Source: Lytechinus pictus (taxonomy: Eukaryota). From it: a stretch of DNA of 64,000 bases. Each line of letters starts with the position of its first letter. Positions within the stretch are counted from its first letter, which is position 1. Made by a program: the position numbers and the translations under genes. The notes under the pieces were generated by a model. It was not told where the DNA came from, made no database searches, and saw only the letters and a program-made list of their open reading frames with translations. The DNA is taken from the NCBI RefSeq assembly GCF_037042905.1, contig NC_087245.1:1116001-1180000 (forward strand), read 5' to 3'. Below, one piece after another: positions 40,675 through 53,756 of the stretch.

Positions 40675-42396
40675 ACATGGTTTCGAAGTGAATGGGTTGT
40701 ATGATAATCCATCTGTTATAATTATTTGGTTCTTTCTAATTCTATTTTCTTCATATAGGCCTACACATTATCTTCTCCCGTCTTCCCGGGGAACATTTTC
40801 ATCAACATTTTTTTTATCCATTTCAGTTCCATCCTGTTCATTCATACACTCTCACTTCTTTCGCCCCCACCCCCAGACCGCCCCTGAAACCCATATTATC
40901 TATGGTACAACCACCGAATCCAGTGGAGTTCACTGATCTGAATATATGTCCTGATAAAAAAAATCAGATGGCGCCCTTTACACTCAGTAACCAGTGCCGA
41001 ATTTACAGAAACTACATAGAGCTGCTGGACAGGAACTAACAATGAATAACATTGGTTTACTTTCTGGTCCATCGCATTATCAATAAATTCAGAGTGGAAA
41101 GAGAATGTCAAACAGCAAGTCTACCTATTATGTTACCATGATCATAAATGAAATTACTGCACTTTACACAAGATTTTTCCTCTTCAAATTATGTGATGTC
41201 TATTTTATTTCATTACAATTTAGGAAATTGTTCACAGCACAAACATGGATTTTTTTCTTCTTCTTTTCATAGCAATGATTCATGAACTGGTTACAGTATT
41301 GTGACACTATTTGTGTATTCTTACTGTACACATCGCATCAGACTTTAGCACGAGGCGAATGAATATAATATAATCATTTGGTTGATATACAGGACATTAT
41401 ACATTCATTTTAACCAATGTTTGAATCACCAGAACATCAAAAGAATTGTAATAGATTTTGTTGTTCCACCCTTGAAACCTCCAATAAGAAGTGGCATAGC
41501 AGCATATCTATCAGGAGGAAAGGGGAAAGCACATATCCTGCACAGTCTTGAGTGCAAATTTCAGGGGGGGAACAAAGGGACCAGAAGTTTGATCAACATT
41601 TGTCTCCTGACAAGTTTCTAGATCTGACAACTTTCTTGGTTTTGATTGGCCGAGAAGCACATGTCCATGGTAAATGTCAGTTAACACATCTGACAAGCCA
41701 TTTCATGAAATGCTGATCTACAGTAGCTCCCAAAAAAAAATCAAATTTGATATCACAGTGCTCTCATTAATTTTTTTTCACAAGTCAAAAATAAAGGATA
41801 CACATGTTGATGAAGGGCCTGCTGCACATTAGAGCTACATAATCAGAGCCCTTATTGGATCATGTGCTTTACAACACGCTAACATTTTAAATCTGGGGAA
41901 CCATGCACGAAATAAGTTCAATATACACACAAGGTATGTGGGAAAGGTAATGGAAATACATACATGTTATTTGAGTACATAAGTTCCACAAGATAGAAAG
42001 GAAACAAAAATGTTATTTGCTATCCATATGAACTATTGCTTACATACTGTACATACAGTATGTTATACTCCATTTAAAATCACTTTTATTTAATATTTTG
42101 ATATACCTTGTTTTGCCTTGTGTTATTTTTTCAAATTATATGCTTTGTATGTTTTACATTGTTTTATATCTAAGTTTTGAACAGAAAATTGACAGGTGTC
42201 AAAGACATTCAAATCAATTTAATCAATCTTAATTCATAATATATGTCTGACTTGCATCATAGGCAGAAATTGAAATTTGTTGTGAATGAACTTACAAAGA
42301 TGTAGGCCCTACATGAAATTTCAACTTCTGCTCTTAAATTTGACCCAAATAAGTTTCAAAGCAAATAATTAACACTGAACATAGAAGGGGGAAAAT

Positions 42397-42538
42397 TCAC
42401 TTCATTTTTTGCTTTGCCAGTCCTAAAAGCTCTGCATCAGCCTCAAGCAGTGTCAGATCTCTTGAAGCACCTACAAAATGATCAGTCAATTCCAAGTCTT
42501 TCAATCTCAATCGAACACGAGCACCCCTGTGATATTTT
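42397..42538 (-). CDS. MRPS28: MRPS28 coding exon 2 ([46 protein letters not shown])
   Basis: Minus-strand acceptor ctttacag|, phase 2 matching exon 1. Matches the MRPS28 C-terminal pattern RVRLRL.DLELT..F.G..D.T.LEA. Confidence 0.95.
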
Positions 42539-43124
42539 CTGTAAAGATTGAGAAAAGAAAACATACATTCAAATAAGCTGTAGAGAGAAACTGTGTATTT
42601 CATCATCTACATGTACATTTACTATGTAGGCTTACAATCAATTTTAGGCCTACATGCATGTACCAAACAACATGCAAATTGAAATTGAAATATTTTCTTT
42701 TGGCCTCCCTTTTCCCATTCCTTTTTTTCGCTTGACTTTTCTCCAGTGATTTTAGATCTAGAATACTTGATTTTACTTCGCTTTTCTTTCTCTCTCTTTC
42801 TCTTCTTCCTCTGTTTAATCTTTCATCCCGTATGGCAGCTAGTCCAAACTTCGCGTGTGTCCAGACCATACTTCACGGATAGTCATTATCACAAAACTAT
42901 TTAATATTTTGGTTCATTTATTTATCAAGATTTAATATGTAAACTTGGAAAGCCTGTAAGATTTGCTTTCTTCTCATTCTCTCATTTTCTTTCAATTTAG
43001 ATTTAGATCTAATTGTGCTATAACTTCCCTATATTAAGCCACTTGATGTTATCAGTTATAAATATATTTATGCATGTACATGTACTGTACACTTGGTCTA
43101 ACATGATGAAGATCCCATCCCTAT

Positions 43125-43491
43125 CAGGGGTGGATCCAGGATTTTTTCCAAAGCCAAGGGGGGGGGGGCACATTTTCCCCTATGAAAAATTGACAAGCCA
43201 AAAAAAAAAAAGAAAGGGTTTTAACCAAAAATTAAGGCCTTAAGGGGATTTCGTCTGTTTTAACGGCATTTTTACATTACAAATTTTAATTGTGCCTCTC
43301 AAAGGGGGGGGGGGGGGCACAGGCCAGCTTAGGTCTCTGTTAAGTGTTATATTGGTTGTTCCGCTGAACTCCGTTGGCTCCACAAATAAAAAAAGAAATT
43401 TAATCTTTAAAAACTCCTTGATACAGACGGCTGCTGCCAGCTGTTTAGGGCCGGCTGCAGGCTGAGCTGTGCCCCCCTGAATCCGCCAGTG
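43125..43491. mobile_element. Short MITE in the MRPS28 intron (CAGGGGTGGATCCAGG ... CCTGAATCCGCCAGTG)
   Basis: Imperfect 16-bp TIRs and internal poly-G/poly-A runs; related fragments at about 8450-8610 and 31896-31910. Confidence 0.65.
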
Positions 43492-43627
43492 GGCAGTGAT
43501 CTCTATAGAGGTCTATCTAGATTTTTTCGAATGACTCTTGACTTTAGCTCATTGTGAAATTGAGAATTGTCCATTGGCATGAACCGTCCATCATGACAAG
43601 CTTTGCATTTTTTTAATTTTAACTCAC

Positions 43628-44073
43628 TCTGATTCTGAATTCTCTGCTGGCCTTTTACAAACACAATGGAATTTTCCTCCAAAGTCAATGTACAAATCGT
43701 CTTCAACAATGTGAAATACATTTCCATACACAATTTGATTGTGAGCGGCACCAAGATGAGCATGTGTCGAGTTTCTGAATAATTCTGCAAAGGAGAGGTG
43801 GTCATCGTCCGGGAGTGTGCTGCGAACATCCCCCGAAGGTTCGGCGTCGCTCACATGCGCGTGTCTGACAAACGCCTCAGCAAAACCTGTGAGTTTAGGA
43901 CCTCCTGGAGAGCTTTTGCCAGTCTCAGTTTCTACATTTTTTGAAATTTCTCCTTCAGTCGTGCATGGAGTATCAGAATAGTGTCTTCTTCGGCTTAATA
44001 AAATGCTTTGAGATCTGTAACTCAGCAATGAGAAGGCACGTTTACAAACCATTGCTGTCAAGGGCGCCGCCAT
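43628..44073 (-). CDS. MRPS28: MRPS28 (mitochondrial small subunit protein bS1m) coding exon 1
   Basis: Arg/Ser-rich presequence-like N-terminus followed by the hallmark FHIVEDDLYIDFGGKFHCVC. Donor GA|gtgagt at 43627. The spliced CDS is 588 nt (195 aa). Confidence 0.96.
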
Positions 44074-44203
44074 CTTGAATTGCTCTATGCGCCAATGAAA
44101 TCGCTCGTTTTAGGAGAGATTAGGTACTGATATTACTAAAGATTGTTTTCATTGGTTACGTTAATCAAGCTAGCTAACTGCAGTGTTGCCCGCGTGAGAC
44201 GAG
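44074..44203. promoter_or_regulatory. Compact bidirectional promoter between MRPS28 and HDDC2
   Basis: 130 bp between the divergent ATGs. CCAAT at 44091 and ATTGG at 44151. A YY1-type AAGATGGCGGC overlaps the MRPS28 start codon. Confidence 0.75.
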
Positions 44204-44260
44204 ATGTCCTCATCAACTCAAGACTCACTAAAATTTCTGCAAATTGTTAACGACATTAAG
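44204..44260 (+). CDS. HDDC2: HDDC2 coding exon 1 (MSSSTQDSLKFLQIVNDIK)
   Basis: Resembles the HDDC2 N-terminal helix (SLLQFLRLVGQLK in human). Donor AAG|gtaaat is phase 0 and joins exon 2 in frame. Confidence 0.8.
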
Positions 44261-47099
44261 GTAAATTCGATCCCCAATTTATCTATCATGGGTGGTAAAT
44301 GACTCGAACCATTTGAAAATATTGCATAATTTATGTTACTATTACTTCGTTTGTTTCTTGATTATAATTGTCCGCGTGCTACTTCTCGATGTGGGACTGG
44401 ACAGTGGGAGTGGGAGGGCCGAGGGGAGCCATCGGCATCGGATCGCAGCATCGCGCCAGGCCTTAAGGCGACCGCACACCTTACGATTGGTCATGGTCTG
44501 CGAATCGCGAATATAACGTAGGCCCTAGTAGAAATTGATGCTTATATTGAGACTTGGAATATCTTACTGTGTAATGTTCAAAATCATTGTACGAAAACCC
44601 ATGTTCAAATATGTGATTGTGACTATTCACTATGGCTATGCTATCAGTATCATCCTTCTTAGTCTTACCACTCATCCTACGAACGAGGTTAGAAATAGAA
44701 TAAAAGCAAATTTAATATCTGAGTGACTAAAGTAGGAAAGTTAGTCGTAATGACGTCACTCATAGTCATAGACATAGGATAGCAGTCGTACGATTGGCTA
44801 CGACTTGAAACTTATTTGGCATTTACTCCAAAGTAAAGTCTTGCAATCATCAACAATTGTTATATTAGTATTCTTTCAGTTAATTCAACCTCAAAAGTCA
44901 ATTCTCATTCAGATTTTCAGAAAATAAGCAAAATGCGATTTTTTTTCCAAAAATCGGATCGTGGATAGGGTGGGCAATGGCACCAGATTTGTGCTGTAGT
45001 CAATGGGGGAATTTGCCTCAAATTTTCATTCTATATTTTGAGTGCACAATGTAGTGAAATGTAGCAATATCTTCACATTTTCTGGTAGCCTGGGGCTCGT
45101 TTCTCAACACCTGGACAAGTTGGTCATATCTTTATCCACCCACGGCTACATCTCAGCCGCCGACTACAGAATAATTGAAGGCATCGCACAGCGCATTCAA
45201 CAAATAATGTTAATTTACAAAAAATTAATACGAGGACTTACAGAATGAAGTCCTCCTACGAAACTTACGAAACGATGTGAAGTCAATTCCTCATAATTTG
45301 ATGAATATCTCTCAAAATGCGTCATTTAAGCGTTGATTTTTCTTCTCGTTGACAAAATACGAGAGCTATCTTTCTAGCTCTCAAATTTTTCGTCTAATGA
45401 GCGAAAGAGGGCGTGCGATTTATCTTCATATCAAAGACACTACAGTTGAAAGACTAGACACAGAAATTATCTTACACGTAAATCGATGCAAAGCGTTACG
45501 CGAAGTCGGCAAAGTGTTAAATCTTTTTACTGTAAAGACTTTGGTGGAACGTTAATTGACAAACGAACGGTAGCACTTGCGGGGCTTTGTTCAAGGTACA
45601 TAGAATTTTCTATATTTTTTGTTTAATTTGTCATCGTTATGAATATTTTCCAAAAAGTATTATCGTCAGCAAAAATAATAAAAAAGTATGTTTTTTAAGT
45701 TATTGCATTTATTGGAGTCTCTATTTTATCAAACAATGATTGGAATTGCGCATACAATGAATCATGAATCTAGTTTTAAAAATACCACCAAGCTGAATTA
45801 AGGTTGCGAACTGTATTAGCGCCACCAACGACCTTCCTTTTATTTCCGTGGAAGAGACGTGCGAAGCCACTTTCCAGGCGGAGGTAAGCGATTTTGCTCT
45901 TTTTTGTGTCCTTTTTAAATTAAAAAAATAATGGAACGCTTTCTACCAGAAAAAGCCCTGGTGAGTAGCGGAATGGGTTTCGGCTAACATCATTCACGTT
46001 ATGAAGCGATGTTAACGACAACTCTAAAATCCACTACAAAAACACGTTGGTTGTACGAGGTTCGTATAGCATATGCTAACCTCGCAATAGTGTGAGTGAT
46101 CTTTATCCACCAACCACGGAGTTAGTTCCACTCTTACTAAACCTGTTTCACTAAAGGCTTCCTAACTAGAATACCTTGATATCGATACTATCGGTAAAAA
46201 GAGCAGACGAGACGTAACCTTAATCACAAAATAGCATAATTTTAAAAAAGAAAAATTATGACAAAATTGCAAATATTGTGATGAATTGGGAAATACATCT
46301 TTTCAAAATAATAACACAAGTTTAATGTTGTAAATCGGATCAAAAATCAGATCGAAAATCGGATCGGCAGTTAAGCTTCTAAAATCGAATCGAAAATCGA
46401 ATCGGCGATGTTTAAAAACAAAGGAATACATCAACATTTTGTTCGCGGTCGCGCGCATCTTCCTGACAAAGTCACAAAGACGAATGTTTAGGAATGGAAG
46501 TACCGGTAGTCGACATGCGCGTTCGTTTGGAACATGCTTTTAAAGGGTTTTGAGGTTTAACTGCTTAACAATAAAATGAGTGATTTTTATTAGAAAGATA
46601 AACGAATGACGCATCTTCCGAGCAGTCGCAAAGGAAAATAATTCTCGTAGATCACAGGTCAATGAACGATCGGCGGGACATCTTTTATAAGTATTTTTAT
46701 GTGAAGCTGAGCTCAGCTAAGTTCGCTCATTATAATATGTGATTACAGCCACGCCCAATAACCATTCCAAAGTACACCCATTTTGTTATAATAGCTTACT
46801 TGGTACATCATTTCTCCGAATCAGTTCTGGGAAAAGTTAAGTCACGCCTCAGTATCGATCTTTTTGTATACCCACCCACTCAACAATATCAGTGAATTAC
46901 GCAATGCGCGCAAGCATTCACACAATACAAGATAGTTTTGTGGCATAGCCGAGAACTGGAACCGCCCAGACTCAACGGGCTAGCGCAAAATTCTTTACAC
47001 TACCTTTTGGCATGTGCACGTGGTGGGTTTGATTGACACTGCTAACAGTGCTATTCTTTGAGTTGGCTCACTGGCTGGATTAATGACAATATATCACTG

Positions 47100-47690
47100 C
47101 AAGTATGGCTTACATGATACATACAACACGCAACACATCCATACACACTGCTCTCAAACTCCCTTGCTATTATTCGTACCTAGGCCGTGTGTGCACTTAT
47201 GGGCGGGATTTAAGCAGGGCATTGACTAGCATATACAACACATCCATGCACCCAGCATTCATATACATTTCTCAAACTCCCTTGCTATTCGTCCATTGTG
47301 TGAACTCATGGGCGGGATTATGACAAAAATTAGCGCAAGCACTAGCATACGTAATACACACAATACATTCCTGCACCCACGCGGTCACACATAGCTCTCA
47401 AACTCCCTTGTCATTCGTCCATTGTATTCACTCATGGGCGGGATTTATCAGCGTAAGCACTAGCATACATAATGCATACAACACATTCATGCAGTCACAC
47501 ACAACTTTAAAACTCCCTTGCTATTGGTCCATTGTATTCACTTATGGGCGGGATTTATCAGCATAAGCACTAGCATACATAATGCATACAACACATTCAT
47601 GCACCCATGCAGTCACATACAGCTCTCAAACTCCATTGCTATTGGCCATTGTGTGCACTCATGGGCGGGATAAATGACAAACACAGTACA
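47100..47690 (+). repeat. Diverged tandem repeat, unit about 115-135 bp, about 5 copies
   Basis: Recurrent CTCTCAAACTCCCTTGCTATT..CCATTGTGTGCACTCATGGGCGGGAT. Confidence 0.85.
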
Positions 47691-48549
47691 AGTACATGTT
47701 CATTGTTTGTATATTATACAATACATTCATTCCAAGTTACACTCCTGCCATACCAGTCAGCGCAGCTACCGGTAGGTCATCATAAGTAGGTCAACCTTTT
47801 ATGAGTCATTTCTGACATTCTAGGAATCTCGATTGTTCGAACTATTCGATTGTTAAAAAGCTCTAAATAGCTAGCACCTCTGCAAGAACAATCTTGAAAT
47901 ATGTTCTGACCGCACTGTAACTAGATCTACAGGTATGCCGATTTTTTATATCCGATTTTTTTCCTTCAAGGGGCATGATCGAAGATCGGCAAGTGATCGC
48001 CGATTGTTGTGAAATCGAATGGAATCGGTTGCCGATTGCAAAATCGGTTACAAGCTTACACAAGTTAATTTAGACCAAAAGTTTCAGTCTCTGTATTTTG
48101 GTTGTTCCGCTGAACTGCGTTGGCTCACTCACCAATACATAGACTGAAGAGCTTGGAGGCCCGTTTTACAGACAACGTATTAGCAGTAACGTTAGATCTA
48201 ACATTCGGCGGAAACCCGATTTTCCGATCGTTTTTTTGTACATAAAATGTCACATTATGAAAAAGAAATAACATCCATATTTACGAAAAAATGTTTAAAA
48301 TTCAAAAATATCGTACCTTAGACCGCAGTTACCGCTAATTCCTTTCAAATGATGATCGAAACATCGTCATCTTTGATCCTTTCGTTGGTCAACGTAAGTT
48401 GCCATCTTTGGTGACGTCATCATCCTTACAAACGTATTTACAAGACGTTATATATTGCGATTTGTGCCGCTGCTTAACGCTTGTAGATGTGCGTGCGTTC
48501 TGAACTTGTCGCTCGCATTGATTGGCCAGGATATCGAAAATTTGATCGG

Positions 48550-51200
48550 AAAGCCTTGATAAAAGCACAACTCGTTGACGGCTGCCATTTTTTCCTCTCA
48601 GGCAGAAAATTAAAAAAATAAGGAATAACCCGGGGAATAACTCATCGGTAACGTATATTTTCGATATTTTACATAGGGGCATTTTCACGGTAACTGACAT
48701 TACACGGCACAATGTTTTCACACCTTTCATTGTGTGTATCTCTAAAACAACAAATGATGGGAGTTTGCTTTTGATTGAGTTACTAAAGAGAACCTTGCTG
48801 TATTCTCTGATACTAAGTTTTTCTATGTAACCACATTTTTTTACGCATCAGCAAGCAAAAATGTGTCGGTAACTGACATTACGAAAAAGGACCTGCAATT
48901 TTAGGGTGTTCATTAAAATAGAAATATCTCATGTCCCTGAGTAGATAGAGTAATAATTTGAATATGTAAATATACCTCCATTACTAGGTTAAGATGTGTC
49001 AAAATATTAAACAATTCATTTTTGTCTTTTGGGGGCTATGATAATTTTTCCGCAACCAAGCTGGTAACTGACATTACACTTAATTTGCCATAGAGATAAC
49101 ACATGGAAGTCAAATGTGTGGAATCATTGCATTGTATCTTCTGTGCAGGGCTTCACATGAAAGTGAGCTTGGAAGTATACCCGAGTTTCTAGGAACATTT
49201 CAATGAAAAAAAATTTTCTTTTTCTTAATTCGTTTCTTTGATTTGAACATTTTTATCATTACTTGTCGGTAACTGACAATACACATTAACATTTACCAGT
49301 GCTATATGATTTTCAAAGGCATAATTTTCTTGGTACTTATATGTTATTATTATTATTATTATTATTATTTATTTGACCAATATAAAAAAGAACATATACA
49401 TTACATTAGAATAAAATTTACAGTACATTAACATGCAAAGAAATGCGGGAACGGCATGTGGGTCAGGGGGCACAAAAGCAAAATACATCACTGTTGCCCG
49501 AAGGCATGAGCCCCCACACATGCCGCTCCCAAGACATAAATAAAATATATAAATACTCTTACACAAAGTTTTGCACGTTAAAAAAGGGAATACTGAAAAG
49601 GGTGCCAAAATAATTAATTAGATAGTCTTGAGATGCATTAGAAAAAAATACCACTGCAAAATTGGAGAAATATAACATAGTAAAAAATTAATACCTCGGT
49701 GCTGAACAGTAATGAAAGGGGCATGTGAGGCTTTTTAAAATCATAAAAGTTTCATAATACTTCACATTTTTAATTATCAAAAGATAAGAAAGAAAAGATA
49801 AGGGGGGGGGGGGGGTCATAGCAGCTACATGTTTTCCTATAGTAATTTAATATTGCATTGACTGTACACATGGATTTTTCTGACTATACATGTACACCCA
49901 TAATATGTTCATCAGTTTTATAATGACTTTTTAAACCTTTTCCTTCTCCAACCTCCCCCTCCCCTCAAAAAAGGCAAAATGAATTTCCCCAAGGCTACAC
50001 GTACCCCTCCCCCGAATCTCATGCAGCCATGTAGTTTTATTGATTTCTATTCTGGTCAGTGCAAGCAATGCTTGTTCATGTCTGTCGGATTTCTATTCTC
50101 TTCATAATTTGTTTAATCATTTTCTTTGCTAATTTCTTTTTTAAGCTGTCAACCAAAAAAAAATCCAGCTTCTAAACTGAAACTGAATTATTTGTAAATT
50201 AGAAAAAAAAAACAGTTTTAGTAGATCCATGCAACATTGATCAGAACTGTCAAATTTCACTTTTCATCTATACTTGTAAACCAAAAACAAAAATTGTATC
50301 ACACATCCACACTACTAACAGGCATAAAAACCAGGAATTTACTTTTAGCGAGGCAATGCTCAAAAGAATCCTAGAAACTAAAAAAGGGACCCTGGAAATC
50401 CCCTTCATCACAATGTTAAGCTTAAAAAATATTGCAGATTTAGACAATACAATAGCAAGCTCCTTCTGGTGTGAAAGACTTGAATAACAAGTATACAATA
50501 TTTCTTCACCATAAAATTGACCAAATATTTGCATTTCAATATTGTTAACCAACATTTTATCATGGTAACTGACATTACATATCAGTAACTGACATTACAT
50601 TTTCCACTTGGTAACTGACATTACATATATTCAATGGTACCCTATGGCTTCATTGTTAATTGGTAATCTTTAATTTTGGTGTAGAAGGGAGGGGTGTTAC
50701 CTAGAGAGGAAATCTACCAAGTTTCATATAATATATCCTCTTTTCCAGGAAATGAGAAAAAAAAGTTCATGTTTTCGGTAACTGACATTACATACCATAT
50801 CACATATTTCATCAATGTTTTTTATCAGATGAATGAATTACTGGTGTTTCTTTCTGTGAGATTTTAAAAAGTGTTATAATAGCAAGCTAAATCAAAGGCG
50901 AAAACATCATGATCAAACCTGTTCTTTAAAAATCTGTCAAAACAAATTATGTATCAATATACTATTTTCAACACTAATTTGTATCCATACTTTGGCAGCC
51001 ATTTTGAAATAAAAAATGGCTGCCAGAGTCGGAAAAAAATTTTGTCTCAGAAACTTCAGGTCTTGTATTATTAAAAAACATAAAGCATTTGACATGAATA
51101 TCAACTTGATTTTTTTGCCTCTGTGTCCATCTGTGGTGAAAATGCCCATAGTATCAAAAGAAAGATTAGAGTCTAACGAAAATAGTGGGCCTTCGCGTTC
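48550..51200. mobile_element. Unclassified repeat carrying 8 direct copies of GGTAACTGACATTAC, split by other insertions
   Basis: Motif at 48689, 48868, 49063, 49268 (variant), 50564, 50584 (variant), 50610 and 50777. Boundaries are approximate. Confidence 0.5.
49345..49650 (-). mobile_element. Probable LINE 3' end with (AAT)n tail
   Basis: The minus strand reads ..F-L-M-H-L-K-T-I*, reminiscent of L2/CR1 ORF2 C-termini, then a T-rich UTR, AATAAA and (AAT)n. Confidence 0.4.
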
Positions 51201-53154
51201 AAGATAATATAATGTCATTTAGAATCTAAAAGAAATTAAAATCTGGACAAAACCCGTCCTCCAATTGCCGACCAGATTACACATGCAGGCTTGCACTAAC
51301 ACACTACCGTCGGTGAATGGGGATTATAGTAAAATGTCCGAAATTGTTGAATAAATCCCCAGAAATGACGGTTATTCCTGTCTAAGGTTAATTATGCATC
51401 ATACATACTTAGACCATAATGACTAGAGAATTCAATTGCTGAGAAAATTAAATTATGAATAATTCATTTCATGACTAAAAAATCACATGTGGACGTTGAG
51501 ATGGGTACCCCCGGGACATCGAATTTTAATAGTTTACGAAAGTAAACCATGACGGTTTTCTTGGTAAACTGATGATAATTATACGGTCTTCTACGATTCC
51601 AAACATCATCAAAATATAGTTTAACAAAAAAAATAAAAATCTTTGATACCGAAACATACGAATTGACAAAGTCTATGCATAAATTAGAGATAATTTATCC
51701 GAATGTTAATAGGGGTCTGAAAACAACAAATAAGAGTTTAGTTTATGGATGGCCTGACGTGGTAGAATTTTTATCGATTAAACCATTTTACTATTTCAAA
51801 CTGATTGGTTTGTGGCGTTTTACCAACAGTTTTTATAGTTTATTTGTATTAGAATTATCATTGAATGTACATGTATTACCCCACTTGTTTTGTGATGTAA
51901 TTTCAACCTCTACATGATTGATCACGTAAGATTATAATTTCTAGGAACTTTTGCATGTCATAGTCTACCCATGTGATGCCACTACGTCATTAAGAAAGAA
52001 GTTATGACAGGTTCGGAGGTGTCATAAATATTTAGTGAGGTTGTTGTACCCGATCTTGGTAAAGAGGGCTTCGTGAAACGGTTGGCGGACAAGTAGCTCA
52101 CTATCTCTGATTTAGTCAAGAATTTAGACTTATGAAGGTGTTGTGAAACGGGCCCCAAGTTATCAATGTGACATGTTTCCATGGCAGCTCACAGAGGCTC
52201 AAACAGTCTAGGTCAGCATAAAGACTTAAAAATGCCCATTTTCAGCCACTAGCCCACACAGTATAGCCTATGGGGATGGGCCAAAATGCTGTATGCATTT
52301 CCAGACACATTTTATGGAGCATTTAAGCCTTATTTTTCACTTTTTAAGAAATGTTATGGTAAGTTTTGAGCAATGTTTTTTACATTAATGCTAATAAAGA
52401 ATATGTTAAGGTAATGTTTTTAGTAGAAATGCTGTTTCGTTTTTGTTGTTGTCCTACCTATCATGGATCAGTCGTATGGTGTGCTGTGGCCTTAATGTTA
52501 GGGGGTACCGGTGAGCTCAGTCAACCCGTCGCCGTCAGCTTCCCTTTCAGCAGCACAAGGCTCTCGTTTTTGAGCTATGCAGCTGCATGCGAGCCCTGAG
52601 GCTGACATGCATGCACTTGCGTAGCAACGTGTATGTAGCATGCATACGGCGGCATGGCTGAGGCCAAGCATATGCGTGCTCAACCACCCTGTGATCAGTC
52701 TGTGCTGTGAATGAAGATGACATTGAGACTATGAATTTGATGGCCTTATCCTGAAATAAGTCACCTCTCTTCTTGTGTGTGTGCGCTGTTGTGTACAAAG
52801 TAAATGGGAGAGGAAAGAAGTCACCGCCGCTGACGAAATGAACGGCAGTGAATGGAGTGGTGACTTAAACCAGGATAATGCCACTTGATTAAGTGTCTGA
52901 TATTTGTGCACTTTACTCATTACTTATGAGAGGCAAATAAATAAGTTTTAGAGTCTAGACTAGATCTAGAGTAAAGTGCCCAAATACCGGACACTTAAGC
53001 GTAATAGCCTACATGTAAATAGGCCCAAAACAAAAATGCAATCATTGGACATTGAATCAAATAAAAATCATATTTCCATAGTACAAATGTTGAATATTTT
53101 ATAATAATGTCACGCAGGGTGACCAGACATCCCATATTTCCCCGGATCGTCCCT

Positions 53155-53750
53155 CATTACCTCTGCCATTTTTACCTCTGCCATTATTACCTCTGCCATT
53201 TTTACCTCTGCCATTATTACCTCTGCCATTTTTACCTCTGCCATTATTACCTCTGCCATTTTTACCTGCACCATTTTTACCTCTGCCATTTTTACCTCTG
53301 CCATTATTACCTCTGCCATTTTTACCTCTGCCATTATTACCTCTGCCATTTTTACCTCTGCTATTTTTACCTCTGCCATTTTACCTCTGCTATTTTTACC
53401 TCTGCCATTTTTACCTCTGCCATTATTACCTCTGCCATTTTTACCTCTGCCATTATTACCTCTGCCATTTTTACCTCTGCTATTTTTACCTCTGCCATTT
53501 TACCTCTGCTATTTTTACCTCTGCCATTTTTACCTCTGCCATTATTACCTCTGCCATTTTTACCTGCACCATTTTTACCTCTGCCATTTTTACCTCTGCC
53601 ATTATTACCTCTGCCATTATTACCTCTGCCATTATTACCTCTGCCGTTTTTACCTCTGCCATTTTTACCTCTGCCATTTTTACCTCTGCCATTATTACCT
53701 CTGCCATTATTACCTCTGCCGTTTTTACCTCTGCCATTTTTACCTGGCAC
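53155..53750 (+). repeat. 15-bp minisatellite CCATT(T/A)TTACCTCTG, about 39 units
   Basis: Directly visible; it generates the repetitive ORFs in the track. Confidence 0.97.
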
Positions 53751-53756
53751 CACGGA

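Noticed and set aside
42539..42606. N-terminal part of the 69-aa minus-strand ORF
   Set aside because: This is the intronic polypyrimidine region; MRPS28 similarity begins only after the acceptor at 42538.
51300..51600. Alternative candidate for HDDC2 exon 1 (CTTGGTAAACTG = LGKL)
   Set aside because: It has no suitable phase-0 donor after the motif. The exon at 44204-44260 fits better.
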